Shown piece after piece: positions 16,261-26,046 of a DNA stretch of 64,000 bases. This stretch comes from Candidatus Nanosyncoccaceae bacterium (GTDB lineage Bacteria; Patescibacteriota; Saccharimonadia; Saccharimonadales; Saccharimonadaceae), in NCBI GenBank assembly GCA_051891815.1, contig JBJFFO010000010.1, positions 16,207 to 80,206 on the forward strand. The letters run 5' to 3'. How positions within the stretch are numbered: position 1 is the stretch's first letter; every line of letters begins with the position of its first letter. Under the pieces are notes generated by a model. That model saw only the letters and a program-made list of their open reading frames with translations. It made no database searches and had not been told where the DNA came from. Made by a program: the position numbers and the translations under genes.

Positions 16261-17148
16261 CTAGTTGTAGATGTTTTCGACCAAGATGCTTGGACCCATC
16301 GAAGTAGTCATGTAGACGCTCTTGACGTACTGACCCTTGATAGATGCAGGCTTCTGGCTCTTGAGGCTCTCGGTAAAAGCGTTGATATTTTCCATCAACT
16401 TGTCGGCACCAAAGCTGACCTTGCCAAGACCAACGTGAACAATAGCTTGCTTGTCGACGCGATACTCGATTTTACCAGCCTTAGCTTCCTTGACGGCTTT
16501 CTCGATATCGGTAGTAACCGTACCAGCCTTTGGGTTTGGCATCAAACCTTTAGGGCCGAGGAGACGAGCAAACTTACCAAGCTTTGGCATGTATTGTGGC
16601 GTGCTGATCAGAACGTCGAAATCAAGCTGCTCCTTCTCAAGACGCTTGGTGAATTCTTCGTCCTCAGCAATGTCGGCACCAGCTGCTTTAGCGGCCTTAC
16701 AGACATCGAGCGGCGCAAATACAGCTACGCGGATGTCTTTACCGGTACCAGCAGGCAAAGTGACGGTAGAACGAATGTTCTGGTCGGCTTGACGTGGATC
16801 GACACCAAGACGGAAATGCATTTCTAACGTTGCGTCAAATTTGACTGGGCTAGTTGCAATTGCGAGCTCGACAGCTTCTTTGAGGCTGTAGGCTTTGCCT
16901 TTTTCGACCTTAGCGTAAGCTTCGCGGTAGTTTTTGCCACGGCGCTCGAGACGACTGCGGGTAACTGGCTTTGGACCAGAAACTTTTTCTGGGGCAGCAG
17001 CAGCTTCGGCTTTGCGAGCTTGGCGCTCAGCCTCGGCCTTGACTTCCTCGATATGCTTCTTAGATTTTTTGCCAGCTTTTGCAAACTTTTCTTCTGCAAT
17101 AGCTTCGGTCTCTTGGACCTCAAGATTTTCTTTTGGCTCTTCTGCCAT
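16261..17148 (-). CDS. rplA: 50S ribosomal protein L1 with ~75-aa Lys/Ala/Glu-rich N-terminal extension
   Basis: KFDATLEMHFRLGVDPRQADQNIRSTVTLPAGTGK is a typical L1 core. Start placed at MAEEPKEN, preceded by an AAAGGA RBS. Confidence 0.93.
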   Translation of the reverse strand: MAEEPKENLEVQETEAIAEEKFAKAGKKSKKHIEEVKAEAERQARKAEAAAAPEKVSGPKPVTRSRLERRGKNYREAYAKVEKGKAYSLKEAVELAIATSPVKFDATLEMHFRLGVDPRQADQNIRSTVTLPAGTGKDIRVAVFAPLDVCKAAKAAGADIAEDEEFTKRLEKEQLDFDVLISTPQYMPKLGKFARLLGPKGLMPNPKAGTVTTDIEKAVKEAKAGKIEYRVDKQAIVHVGLGKVSFGADKLMENINAFTESLKSQKPASIKGQYVKSVYMTTSMGPSILVENIYN

Positions 17149-17282
17149 GATTATCCTTTCGCGGTACAAACGAATCTTGTGATTCTCCCGAACTTAAGTT
17201 AATATACCTTTCTATTATAGCACAGATTACTCTAAAAATCAATGCACCCCTCGTTTGAGGGGTGCTTTTGGAGTGGAATATT

Positions 17283-17966
17283 TTAGAAAATTAGCATTAG
17301 TAACCCATATAGCGCTAATCCCAGCGAAACCGAGTCAAAGCGATCAAGATAACCACCGTGGCCACGCATTGGTGCTTCGACTAACTTGAATATGCGTAAA
17401 TTCGCGAGCAATACACCCGAATCCTTCACGCCAAGTTGACGTTTGGTGGCCGAGCCCAGTAGGTCGCCAATCGCGGCCGTTAGTCCGCCCAGCGCAATAT
17501 ACGCGACGATGCGAGGCGTAATCGGGATTCCAGTCAAGACGCAGACAAGATATGCGGCGACGATTCCGATCAAGATCCCGCCTGCAAAACCTTCGTAGCT
17601 CTTGCTAGCCGAAATCTTGGCGAGGAACTTAACCTTATGGCGTCCAATCAGCGAGCCAACAGCGAATGCGCTGACGTCGGCCAGCATGCTCGTGCAGAGC
17701 ACTAGCGCGATTTCCTCGCGGCTCATGAATAGCGTGGTAAAGCCCGCAATCATGAGAATTACAGATTGGTAACAGAATGCGAAGTGCGGATGACAATGCT
17801 TCGGGTCTAGTGTCAAGGTTAACAAATCTAAGGCGTAATCTATCTCCATAAAGGCGATAAGCAAGCAAAAAATCAGCAAGAACTTGAGTGCAGTCCCGTC
17901 AAAGGCAAAGTATCCCAGTAAAAATATTCCAATGATAAAAAGTGCGGTAATTACTCGTTTTCTCAT
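17283..17966 (-). CDS. cdsA: phosphatidate cytidylyltransferase
   Basis: 227 aa, multi-TM. SATKRQLGVKDSG...GHGGYLDRFDS is the CTP-transferase-1 signature. Confidence 0.88.
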   Translation of the reverse strand: MRKRVITALFIIGIFLLGYFAFDGTALKFLLIFCLLIAFMEIDYALDLLTLTLDPKHCHPHFAFCYQSVILMIAGFTTLFMSREEIALVLCTSMLADVSAFAVGSLIGRHKVKFLAKISASKSYEGFAGGILIGIVAAYLVCVLTGIPITPRIVAYIALGGLTAAIGDLLGSATKRQLGVKDSGVLLANLRIFKLVEAPMRGHGGYLDRFDSVSLGLALYGLLMLIF

Positions 17967-18071
17967 AATACCACCTCCGGTTTATATTTTGAGCAATTAC
18001 AATACCGCTATTATAACATAAAATCATAAGATGTAAAAAAGACGCCCCAGTCGGGGCGCCAGTTGGGCTCT

Positions 18072-18863
18072 TCAGCGCAAAATGCTGACGAGCAGGGCAA
18101 AAAGTATGATGCTAGTTGAGATCGAATCACTCATGTCGAGATATCCATCGCGAGACTTGGTAAACCACTCGAGAACCCCAAAGACCGGCAATCGTCCAAA
18201 AAAGCAATTAGAATTCTTAATTCCAAGCTGTCTTTTGGCGCCTGATGCGAGCAAATCGCCACAAGCACCAAAGACCGGCGCTAGCAAAATGAATCCTGCC
18301 GTTGCCATGTCGCGACATAGTCCGAACATGTAGACTATGGTTGTTCCGGCCACGAAGCCGAAGATTAGCTCGCCTAAATATCCAGCGTAGGTCTTGTTTG
18401 GCGACAAGTTCCTCAGCATGCGAACCGGCGTGCCGATGCTAAATTTGCGCGTCAGCTTGCCGACAAACAATCCGCCAGCATCGATTGAAACAGTCGTGCC
18501 TACGACTAATATCAGCTCGCGTCCAGAGACACTCAGCAGGAATACTAGCACAATTGCGACTTGCAATACGATGAGCTCGGTCCAGATTGCCCAAACCCCT
18601 CGGTGTGGCCAATTCGGAATCGGCTTAGTTTCGGCCTCGGGACGTTTGATGTGGTAAATACCGCTACGCTGAAATATGCGTTCAATAATCGTAGTTGCGA
18701 TTTCTAGGATCGAAATGCTCAGAATGAGGCAAATCAGCCACCTTAAAAGCGCTCCATTTTGGAACAACCCTGTGGCGATTACGACTCCGCCTAGCACCAG
18801 TGTGTCGACGATGCGATCGATGTTACTGACTCTCTGCGAAGCCATAAACATCACCCCTTTCAT
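18072..18863 (-). CDS. divergent CdsA-family (CTP_transf_1-like) membrane protein
   Basis: 263 aa. ASGAKRQLGIKNS...SRDGYLDMSDS parallels the CdsA signature, but HGG becomes RDG and DRxDS becomes DMSDS. The true start may be the third Met (18845). Confidence 0.7.
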   Translation of the reverse strand: MKGVMFMASQRVSNIDRIVDTLVLGGVVIATGLFQNGALLRWLICLILSISILEIATTIIERIFQRSGIYHIKRPEAETKPIPNWPHRGVWAIWTELIVLQVAIVLVFLLSVSGRELILVVGTTVSIDAGGLFVGKLTRKFSIGTPVRMLRNLSPNKTYAGYLGELIFGFVAGTTIVYMFGLCRDMATAGFILLAPVFGACGDLLASGAKRQLGIKNSNCFFGRLPVFGVLEWFTKSRDGYLDMSDSISTSIILFALLVSILR

Positions 18864-18974
18864 TGTAATGTGCAGATTATTCTATTATATCACAAAAATG
18901 CCAAAAAATCAATGAGGGGGCAAATCGGCGCATCAAAAAACACCCCCACAAAGAGGTGTTTTTGTAAGTAGAAA

Positions 18975-19400
18975 TTACTCAGTAACTTCGACGCCCATCG
19001 AGCGAGCAGTACCAGCAATGATTTTGCAAGCACCGTCGAGGTCGATTGCGTTAAGTTGGTCCATTTTAGCTTTTGCGATTTCTTCAATCTGTGCGCGGCT
19101 AATTTTACCAACTTTCTCGGTGTTTGGACGACCAGAACCCTTTTCAAGCTTGATAGCTTCGCGGATGAGATCATCTACTGGTTGACCGAGACACTTCCAG
19201 TCGAAAGTGTGATCTTCGTAAACGGCGATGTGAACAATCACGTTCTTGCCCATATACTCTTTAGTTTTTTCGTTGAATGGGTTGATGAAATCCATCATAT
19301 TAAGGCCCCATTGACCGAGTGTGCTTCCTACTGGAGGTCCTGCAGTTGCTTTACCACCAGGGATGCGGAGTTTTAGATTACCAATAACTTTTTTAGCCAT
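18975..19400 (-). CDS. rplK: 50S ribosomal protein L11
   Basis: 141 aa. KLRIPGGKATAGPPVGSTLGQWGLNMMDF is the L11 N-terminal domain. Confidence 0.96.
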   Translation of the reverse strand: MAKKVIGNLKLRIPGGKATAGPPVGSTLGQWGLNMMDFINPFNEKTKEYMGKNVIVHIAVYEDHTFDWKCLGQPVDDLIREAIKLEKGSGRPNTEKVGKISRAQIEEIAKAKMDQLNAIDLDGACKIIAGTARSMGVEVTE

Positions 19401-19466
19401 AATCCCTCTAGATTTATATTTGATTCTTTCGAATGCGTAACGCTATTAACTATAGCAAATTTTGCA

Positions 19467-20021
19467 TTAATTGTCAATCTTCTTGACCTGAAGTGCATCA
19501 AGCTCGACTGCAGTCTCGCGTCCAAACATCGAAATTAGTACTTTGAGCTTGCCATTCTTGTTATCGATGTCAGAAACAGTACCCTCAAAGCCCTTGAATG
19601 GACCATCGGTCACCGAGACGACCTCGTTAACTTCGTAGTTGACAGTAAACTTTGGATCTTCGACGCCCATGCGCTTCTTGATGCTTTCAATCTCGCGCTT
19701 TGATACTGGAGTTGGTTGCGTGCCAGTACCCACAAAGCCGGTTACGCCTGGCGTGTTGCGAATGATATACCAAGTCTCATCCGAGAGAATCATTTCGACG
19801 AGCACATAACCCTGGAAAATCTTCTTATCGGCGATGCGGCGCTTGCCGTTTTTGATTTCAATTTGCTTTTCTTTTGGTACGATTACGTCGAAAATCTTAC
19901 CAACCATTTCAACTGAATCGAGACGTTGGCGGATAGAATCCGCAACTTTGTCTTCGTAGCCAGAATACGTGCTGATTGCGTACCAGGCTTTAGTATCGTT
20001 AAAATAACGGTTTACAGCCAT
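19467..20021 (-). CDS. nusG: transcription termination/antitermination factor NusG
   Basis: 184 aa. WYAISTYSGYEDKV (NGN domain) and a C-terminal KOW (VSVTDGPFKGFEGTVSDID). Confidence 0.93.
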   Translation of the reverse strand: MAVNRYFNDTKAWYAISTYSGYEDKVADSIRQRLDSVEMVGKIFDVIVPKEKQIEIKNGKRRIADKKIFQGYVLVEMILSDETWYIIRNTPGVTGFVGTGTQPTPVSKREIESIKKRMGVEDPKFTVNYEVNEVVSVTDGPFKGFEGTVSDIDNKNGKLKVLISMFGRETAVELDALQVKKIDN

Positions 20022-20024
20022 GTT

Positions 20025-20462
20025 CTATCCTTTCAAAACTGCATTAAATACTTTTGTAAACAAGAGGTCGAGTAGCATAATAAATGCTGAAATTAAGATG
20101 ACATAGAGAATAACCGAGATTGTCATCTTCCAAGTTTCTTTGCGGGATGGCCAGCGAACCTGGCGAATCTCAGCGAAAGATTCCTTGATGTAGCGACCAA
20201 GCGCACGGAAAGGCGTCAAGAGCCACCAGAGCGGTTTGAGAATTGTTGGAACTTTGCGTGCTTTCTTGTCTTTCTCGGCCTTTTTCTTGGTCTTGTCGGC
20301 TTTCTTGGCCTCGACGGCTTTTTTGGTGGCGAGTTTTTTGTTTTCGCTATTTTTGGCTTTGACGGTCACTTTGCGGGTAACCTCTTCGGCCTCAGCGTCC
20401 TGCTTTTTTGCCTTATCTTTTGGTTGGCTATCGGACGCTTTGATTCTAGTGATCTTTGCCAT
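20025..20462 (-). CDS. secE: preprotein translocase subunit SecE with Lys-rich N-terminal extension
   Basis: Start placed at MAKITRIKAS. The C-terminal IKESFAEIRQVRWPSRKETWKMTISVILYVILISAFI is the SecE TM segment. Position upstream of nusG fits. Confidence 0.85.
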   Translation of the reverse strand: MAKITRIKASDSQPKDKAKKQDAEAEEVTRKVTVKAKNSENKKLATKKAVEAKKADKTKKKAEKDKKARKVPTILKPLWWLLTPFRALGRYIKESFAEIRQVRWPSRKETWKMTISVILYVILISAFIMLLDLLFTKVFNAVLKG

Positions 20463-20567
20463 ATTTACTCCCATTAAAAATAGTCCTATCGGACTCTTGT
20501 CAAGAGTATAGCAAAATTTAAGGTAAAACGCAAGCAAAAACCCACACCTTGCGGTGTGGGTTAAGCT

Positions 20568-22688
20568 CTAGAACAAGTAGTTGAGATAATCGCGCATCAT
20601 GCGAGAACCGGAACAAATATCGAGATATGCCTTGAGCTCTTTATGGATCCAATATTCGAGATCAAAGTCGTTCTTCCAAGCTGCAGCTGCGACCTCCATC
20701 TGTTTGTAGAGATTTTCGACTTCCTGCGCCTCATTCTTGCCATCTACAGTGAGGTAATTGTCCGAAGGCATGTCTGCCACGCCGCCATCGTGCGTTGAGA
20801 TGAGGAGTCCCATATTAGCTACGTCCTTTTCCCAGCTGGTACCGCAGGCCTCAAGACCAACAATTGGCGTATTGATCGATGAGTTGGCGCCGATGCTTAG
20901 CGCGCGACCCAGCTCTTCGTCGTAATCTGGCAAATAGTGCACGCGGGATTTTAAGATTGGATTCTCGTCAATTAGATGAAGTAGGCGCATTAGCTTATCA
21001 AACATACGCGTATCGCCCATATGGACACGTCCTGCTAAAATATAGTGCGCGTTGTTGCGTTCGAGTATCTGCGCTAGGCGTTCTGGGTCGGTAAACGGCA
21101 GCTCTGGGCGCTTGTAGTCGACGAAGCGACGCTTAAAATCAAACAAGAAAGCATCTTCCGGAATATGCACTGGATTGCCGTATTGATCGGTGCGATGTGC
21201 CAAAACGTCGTTCAAACGGGCACGACCAATTTGTTTGAGATGACGAATCTCGTCGGCGGTAATTTGGTCTATGTTTTCTTCAAAGCCGCGCGACTCTGGC
21301 AAATCAAAACGATCCAAGATGCCATGCGAGTGGTAATAATCGGAAATCTCCGGCAACACCCAGGTGTGAAGGTGAATACCGTTGGTGACGGACTTAAACT
21401 TAACCTTGTTGCCGTTGATGTCGTGGTAATTCGCGACACGAGCGTGCAATTTAGATACGCCACTACGAAGCTCCGCAATCTCGACGGTTGGAGTCGAAAG
21501 ACGAATCCAGCCATCGGTAAACTTATCTTTAAGCCAGCGTCGGACGGCCTCACTCTTGATATTAGGGAAGACGTATTGCTCGAACTGCTCGTAGCGGAAA
21601 CTTGCTTCGGCGGCCTGGACGAGGGTGTGGTTGGTGTAAAGCGTGTGCTTGCGCGTATAGACTACGGCTTCATAGAAGTCCATGCCACTGCTGGCGAGTT
21701 CGTCAAGACGAGCAAGCGCAGCAAAGAAGGTGGCGACTTCATTGAGCTGGATTACGCCAGGTTTACAACCGACAAGCTTCAAAGCCTGATAACCACCAAA
21801 GCCAAGCGCGACTTCCTGGTACAAACGGTGGTCGCTGCCGGATTCGCCAGAGTATAGCTCGCCAAAGTTTGGCTCAGTAATACAGAGGAAGCGCGAAGAA
21901 CCAAGACGTTTCTCGACCACATCAAGCTCGACCGAGGTTGTAGCGGTGCGAATACGGACCTTATCGACGAAATTAAAACCAAAGTCGCGGTAATTTCGCT
22001 CTTCATGGTAGTCGATTTGCTCCATGTTGACCATTTTCTGGTGCGATTCCCATGGATAGAACGGCGTAACGAGCACAAAAGGCACCGAAAGCTGCTCAGC
22101 TACGCGGCGCATATCTGCCGCCAGCACACCAAGACCGCCGCCGCCACGGATGCCGTTACTTTTATCGTAAGTCTCGATCGTCCAGTAGCAATATGGGCGC
22201 TCTGGCGAAAGCTTGTGGGTTAATTTTTCGCGACGAATCGCCGCGTAGAATTCCTCAACGTCTTCGATGTTGTCAAGTGGGGTATAAACCATGTGCTCCT
22301 CGTGATGATTAGTTTGAGTAGAAGTATCAGCAAGTTTGGTTGGCTCAGCTGACGCAGCGATTTTTGTAGCCTCAGCTGGCGCAGCGAGCTTCGCGGATTC
22401 TTCTGGCGCGGCAAGTTTCGTCGGTTCAGCTGGTGCATTGATGGCTGGCTTTGTGGCCGGCGCGTTGATTGCAGGTTTTTTAGCTGGCGGCGCAACAACT
22501 ATCCTATCGCCATAATTCGTAATAGTGAAGCCATTATCGGCTACGATCACGTTTGGTTTGTCTGAGTTTGCAGTATTTTTATCCTGAGCTGCAGAAGCAT
22601 GAATCCGCGTCACTGGCGTTCTCTGCGTATTTTGCGCAATCGGCTGCCACGCATTCTGCATTCCACGCTGTGTATTTTGCCTATCCAC
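20568..22688 (-). CDS. glgP: alpha-glucan (glycogen/maltodextrin) phosphorylase, GT35, with repetitive N-terminal extension
   Basis: 706 aa. GGGGLGVLAAD, SGVSKLH, VTNGIHLHTW and EACGTSWEKD match alpha-glucan phosphorylases. The first ~130 aa are Pro/Ala/Lys repeats. Confidence 0.88.
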   Translation of the reverse strand: MDRQNTQRGMQNAWQPIAQNTQRTPVTRIHASAAQDKNTANSDKPNVIVADNGFTITNYGDRIVVAPPAKKPAINAPATKPAINAPAEPTKLAAPEESAKLAAPAEATKIAASAEPTKLADTSTQTNHHEEHMVYTPLDNIEDVEEFYAAIRREKLTHKLSPERPYCYWTIETYDKSNGIRGGGGLGVLAADMRRVAEQLSVPFVLVTPFYPWESHQKMVNMEQIDYHEERNYRDFGFNFVDKVRIRTATTSVELDVVEKRLGSSRFLCITEPNFGELYSGESGSDHRLYQEVALGFGGYQALKLVGCKPGVIQLNEVATFFAALARLDELASSGMDFYEAVVYTRKHTLYTNHTLVQAAEASFRYEQFEQYVFPNIKSEAVRRWLKDKFTDGWIRLSTPTVEIAELRSGVSKLHARVANYHDINGNKVKFKSVTNGIHLHTWVLPEISDYYHSHGILDRFDLPESRGFEENIDQITADEIRHLKQIGRARLNDVLAHRTDQYGNPVHIPEDAFLFDFKRRFVDYKRPELPFTDPERLAQILERNNAHYILAGRVHMGDTRMFDKLMRLLHLIDENPILKSRVHYLPDYDEELGRALSIGANSSINTPIVGLEACGTSWEKDVANMGLLISTHDGGVADMPSDNYLTVDGKNEAQEVENLYKQMEVAAAAWKNDFDLEYWIHKELKAYLDICSGSRMMRDYLNYLF

Positions 22689-22787
22689 CCTATTTTCCTA
22701 TTATTCTTATGATTATTCTATTTTAGTATAGCATAAAATAACACGGCCTGAGGACATAAAAAGATATATACTAGAAAAAGAGGAAAT

Positions 22788-23177
22788 ATGAAGAAGATTG
22801 AAGTAGTTGCAGCAGTAATTAGAAAAAATGACAAAATCTTATCAACTGAGCGTGGTTATGGTGAGCTCGAAGGTTTCTGGGAATTTCCAGGCGGAAAAAT
22901 TGAACCAGGCGAGAATAAAGAGCAGGCCCTAAAGCGCGAAATCATGGAAGAGATGAATGTTGAAATCGAGGTTGAGGATTATATTACGACAGTGGAATAT
23001 GATTATCCAACATTTCATCTTATTATGCATAGTTTTATTTGTGAGCTTGATGGAGATTTTGAATTACTTGAACATCATGCGGCAAAATGGCTTACTCGTA
23101 ATGAGTTGGATGACGTGAAGTGGTGTCCGGCTGACGTTGAGATTGTTGAGAAGATTAAAGAAAAGCCACTTATCTAA
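22788..23177 (+). CDS. NUDIX hydrolase (MutT-like)
   Basis: 129 aa. Nudix box GGKIEPGENKEQALKREIMEEMNV. Confidence 0.88.
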   Translation: MKKIEVVAAVIRKNDKILSTERGYGELEGFWEFPGGKIEPGENKEQALKREIMEEMNVEIEVEDYITTVEYDYPTFHLIMHSFICELDGDFELLEHHAAKWLTRNELDDVKWCPADVEIVEKIKEKPLI

Positions 23178-26046
23178 TTAGATATTCATAAATATCTTCC
23201 CGCACCTCGTGATCTAGCTTTAGGCGCACGTTGACGACGGGAAGCTTTTTGCTTCCGCTTGTCATATACTGTTGTTGCAAATTTTCTGCACGTGCTCTGC
23301 CGAGATAGTAAAAGTCGAAGCCTTCAGCGTTAGCTTTTTTAACAAATAACTCAATTCTGAGATTGCTCTCGTCTGCATGCTTTAGTGCAATGGCCTCTGA
23401 CGAATCTAATCTCACACCATTACGTGTTAACCAGTTAAAATATCCGCGATTGATAAATGCATCTTCGTATTTCGTACTATCTGAAATGCCTTCATCTTTA
23501 TTAAGAGTTACAAAGATAGGACAGGTTCCATGTTTTATTCTGTACCCGTACATAGTAGAGCTATCGTCATGAGGCCATTTTAGCAACCTGCACGCATCGC
23601 GCCTAGAATATTTCTTAAATAATTTAAGATCGTTTTCTGGGTCTCCGCCAATATACTCATCTTCATACCGCAAGAGCGCGTATTCAATAAGGTCATTCAA
23701 AAACAATTTAAGATTTTCTGACAAGCTGTCAGTGAAATCTTGATTTCTGATAATATTACGATCTTCGATATGGCAGAAGCTGAGCGATTTGTATCGATTT
23801 TGGCTTGCGCTAGTTAAAAAGTCGCCCGACATTACATGAATTGCAGAAATAATGTCAGAATCATTAAAGACTCTATACTCGCTGAGCGCTTGCTTAACGT
23901 AGTCAAAATCAATAGAACTCTCTTCTAGTAGCTTTTGTAAAATTACGAGTTCGGTCGGTCTCTTGCCATCTCCAAATTCAATCGAAGCATATTGTAAAAA
24001 TGCCGACTCTTCTTCTGTAAGAGAAGTAAGGTCTTCCTCGACCTTCGCTAGAAAGCCATAAAGAGAGCCGTATGATTTAACGATAATATTCGGGTCAATT
24101 GAGCCGAATCTATAAAAATCTACCAAAGTTGGAGTTTTGCCAATTTTTTCTTTTAATTGAATGTACTCGTCGCGAAGTAATCTAAGCGTCGAGAAGTTTG
24201 CGCGGTTAATAGAATTAAAGATGCGCTGTTCGGCGATACGGTCAAAAGAAATAGTTGAACATCCAGGAATAGTCGGACTCCCCGCGACGATTGTTTTACG
24301 TAGAGTGTCTTTATTCATTGTTTTATCGCCGGAAAGTGCAATTGGAATCATGAAGTTATTTGTGTAGTTTCCAATAAAATCTAGAACGACAACAAAATCC
24401 TTATTTTTTACCTTCCTGAGCCCGCGACCAAGTTGTTGTACGAAGATAATAGCCGATTGCGTTGGCCTAAGCATGATAATCTGGTTGACTTTTGGGATAT
24501 CTACGCCTTCATTAAAAATATCCACAGAGAATATGTAATCTAATGCATTCTCGTCATTTACGTCCGACTCGAGCCTGCGCGCAGCGGCTATACGTTCTTC
24601 TTGGCTACTAAAGCCCGCAAGCGCAACCGTTCTGTAACCTAGAGCGTTAAATTTCTTTGACAATTCTATTGCCTCGTCTATTCTGCTAACAAAGATGAGT
24701 CCTTTAACTCTATCGCCGGCATAGCCATAATACTTCGCATAATTCAAAATATTCCTAACGCGTTCATCTGATGTTAGATATCTGAAGTTTGTCGCCTCGT
24801 CTATCTCTACTCCGTCAATTGCAAGTTCTGCAATACCGAAGTAGTGGAAAGGGCATAATAAATCCGCACCTAAAGCATCTTTCAGTCGAATTTCATATGC
24901 GATATTATGATCAAACAGTTCATAGGTACTTGTGCCATCCGAACGTTCAGGCGTCGCCGTCATGCCTAATAGGAATTTTGGTCTGAAATAATCAAAAATT
25001 ATACTATAACTTGGTGCGCCAGCTCTATGCGCTTCGTCGACAATAATGTAATCAAAATATTCAGATGGGATATTTTTATAACAGTCCTCGCGTGACAAGG
25101 TTTGAATGGTTGCAAAGATAAAATCTGCATTTAAATCTTTTTGTCCACCAGATAAAAATCCGTATGTTCTCGAATTTCCGAATATGCGCTTGAAACTATT
25201 CATTGCACTTCGCGCAATTTGCTCACGATGAATAATAAAAAGCATTTTCTTTGCGTCAAATGCGCGAACGTCGAAAGCTGATAAATATGTCTTACCGGTT
25301 CCGGTCGCAGAAATTAGCAGTGCTTTATTGATGCCATCAATGCGAAGCTTCGCTAGCCTGTCTAGTGCTTCGACTTGCATTTTATTTGGTGCTAGAAGTT
25401 CGCTCTGGGATGAGAATTCTTCGGTTTGCTTTTCGACACGAGCGCGGTTAGTTTTTGCCTTTTTATATCTGACCTCATATTTATCTATCCATTCATTCGT
25501 GAGTTCGCTGGAATTTTGCCAGTTTTTGCGAAACTCGGATAGTATAGAATCGGTGACTTCACCATCGCGCATCGATGAGAATTTGAGATTCCATTCCGTA
25601 TTCGTAGAAAGTGCACTCGCGGTCAAATTTGAACTACCGACGATCATATTATAGATGTCATTATCTTTAAAAATATAACACTTAGTATGAAAATCGCCTT
25701 TGTCGTAAACTTTAACTTCAACATTATCTAATTCTTGAAGCTTACGCAGAGCGGCGGGCTCACTAAAATTAAGGTAATCAGTCGTTAAGATTTTTCCTCG
25801 TACGCCGCGTTCTTTCAGCTCGAGCAGAGTTTTTAGTAGCATTATTAAGCCGCTCATCGTAATAAAAGCGACAGAGAAATAAAACTCATCGCAATTTTCT
25901 AGTGACTTTATAAGATAAGAAATTACTTTTTCGCTATTTTCGGGGTCATTGTACAGTAATCTAGCGTGATATTCTTCGGGCGATAAATAAGATTTATCAA
26001 TAAAACTAGTCTTTAGGGCCTTCTCTAGAAAATCGGAGTTATCCAT
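23170..26046 (-). CDS. PLD(HKD)-nuclease / SF2 helicase / DUF3427-like C-terminal domain fusion (restriction-like)
   Basis: 958 aa. N-terminal FHTKCYIFKDNDIYNMIVGSSNLT (HxK...GSxN). Helicase motifs ISATGTGKTYLSA, VDEAHR and QQLGRGLR. About 330 aa of C-terminal extension. The 3' end overlaps the Nudix gene by 8 nt, convergently. Confidence 0.85.
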   Translation of the reverse strand: MDNSDFLEKALKTSFIDKSYLSPEEYHARLLYNDPENSEKVISYLIKSLENCDEFYFSVAFITMSGLIMLLKTLLELKERGVRGKILTTDYLNFSEPAALRKLQELDNVEVKVYDKGDFHTKCYIFKDNDIYNMIVGSSNLTASALSTNTEWNLKFSSMRDGEVTDSILSEFRKNWQNSSELTNEWIDKYEVRYKKAKTNRARVEKQTEEFSSQSELLAPNKMQVEALDRLAKLRIDGINKALLISATGTGKTYLSAFDVRAFDAKKMLFIIHREQIARSAMNSFKRIFGNSRTYGFLSGGQKDLNADFIFATIQTLSREDCYKNIPSEYFDYIIVDEAHRAGAPSYSIIFDYFRPKFLLGMTATPERSDGTSTYELFDHNIAYEIRLKDALGADLLCPFHYFGIAELAIDGVEIDEATNFRYLTSDERVRNILNYAKYYGYAGDRVKGLIFVSRIDEAIELSKKFNALGYRTVALAGFSSQEERIAAARRLESDVNDENALDYIFSVDIFNEGVDIPKVNQIIMLRPTQSAIIFVQQLGRGLRKVKNKDFVVVLDFIGNYTNNFMIPIALSGDKTMNKDTLRKTIVAGSPTIPGCSTISFDRIAEQRIFNSINRANFSTLRLLRDEYIQLKEKIGKTPTLVDFYRFGSIDPNIIVKSYGSLYGFLAKVEEDLTSLTEEESAFLQYASIEFGDGKRPTELVILQKLLEESSIDFDYVKQALSEYRVFNDSDIISAIHVMSGDFLTSASQNRYKSLSFCHIEDRNIIRNQDFTDSLSENLKLFLNDLIEYALLRYEDEYIGGDPENDLKLFKKYSRRDACRLLKWPHDDSSTMYGYRIKHGTCPIFVTLNKDEGISDSTKYEDAFINRGYFNWLTRNGVRLDSSEAIALKHADESNLRIELFVKKANAEGFDFYYLGRARAENLQQQYMTSGSKKLPVVNVRLKLDHEVREDIYEYLIR

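Noticed and set aside
16252-16827. 191-aa plus-strand ORF
   Set aside because: It is antisense to rplA. No support.
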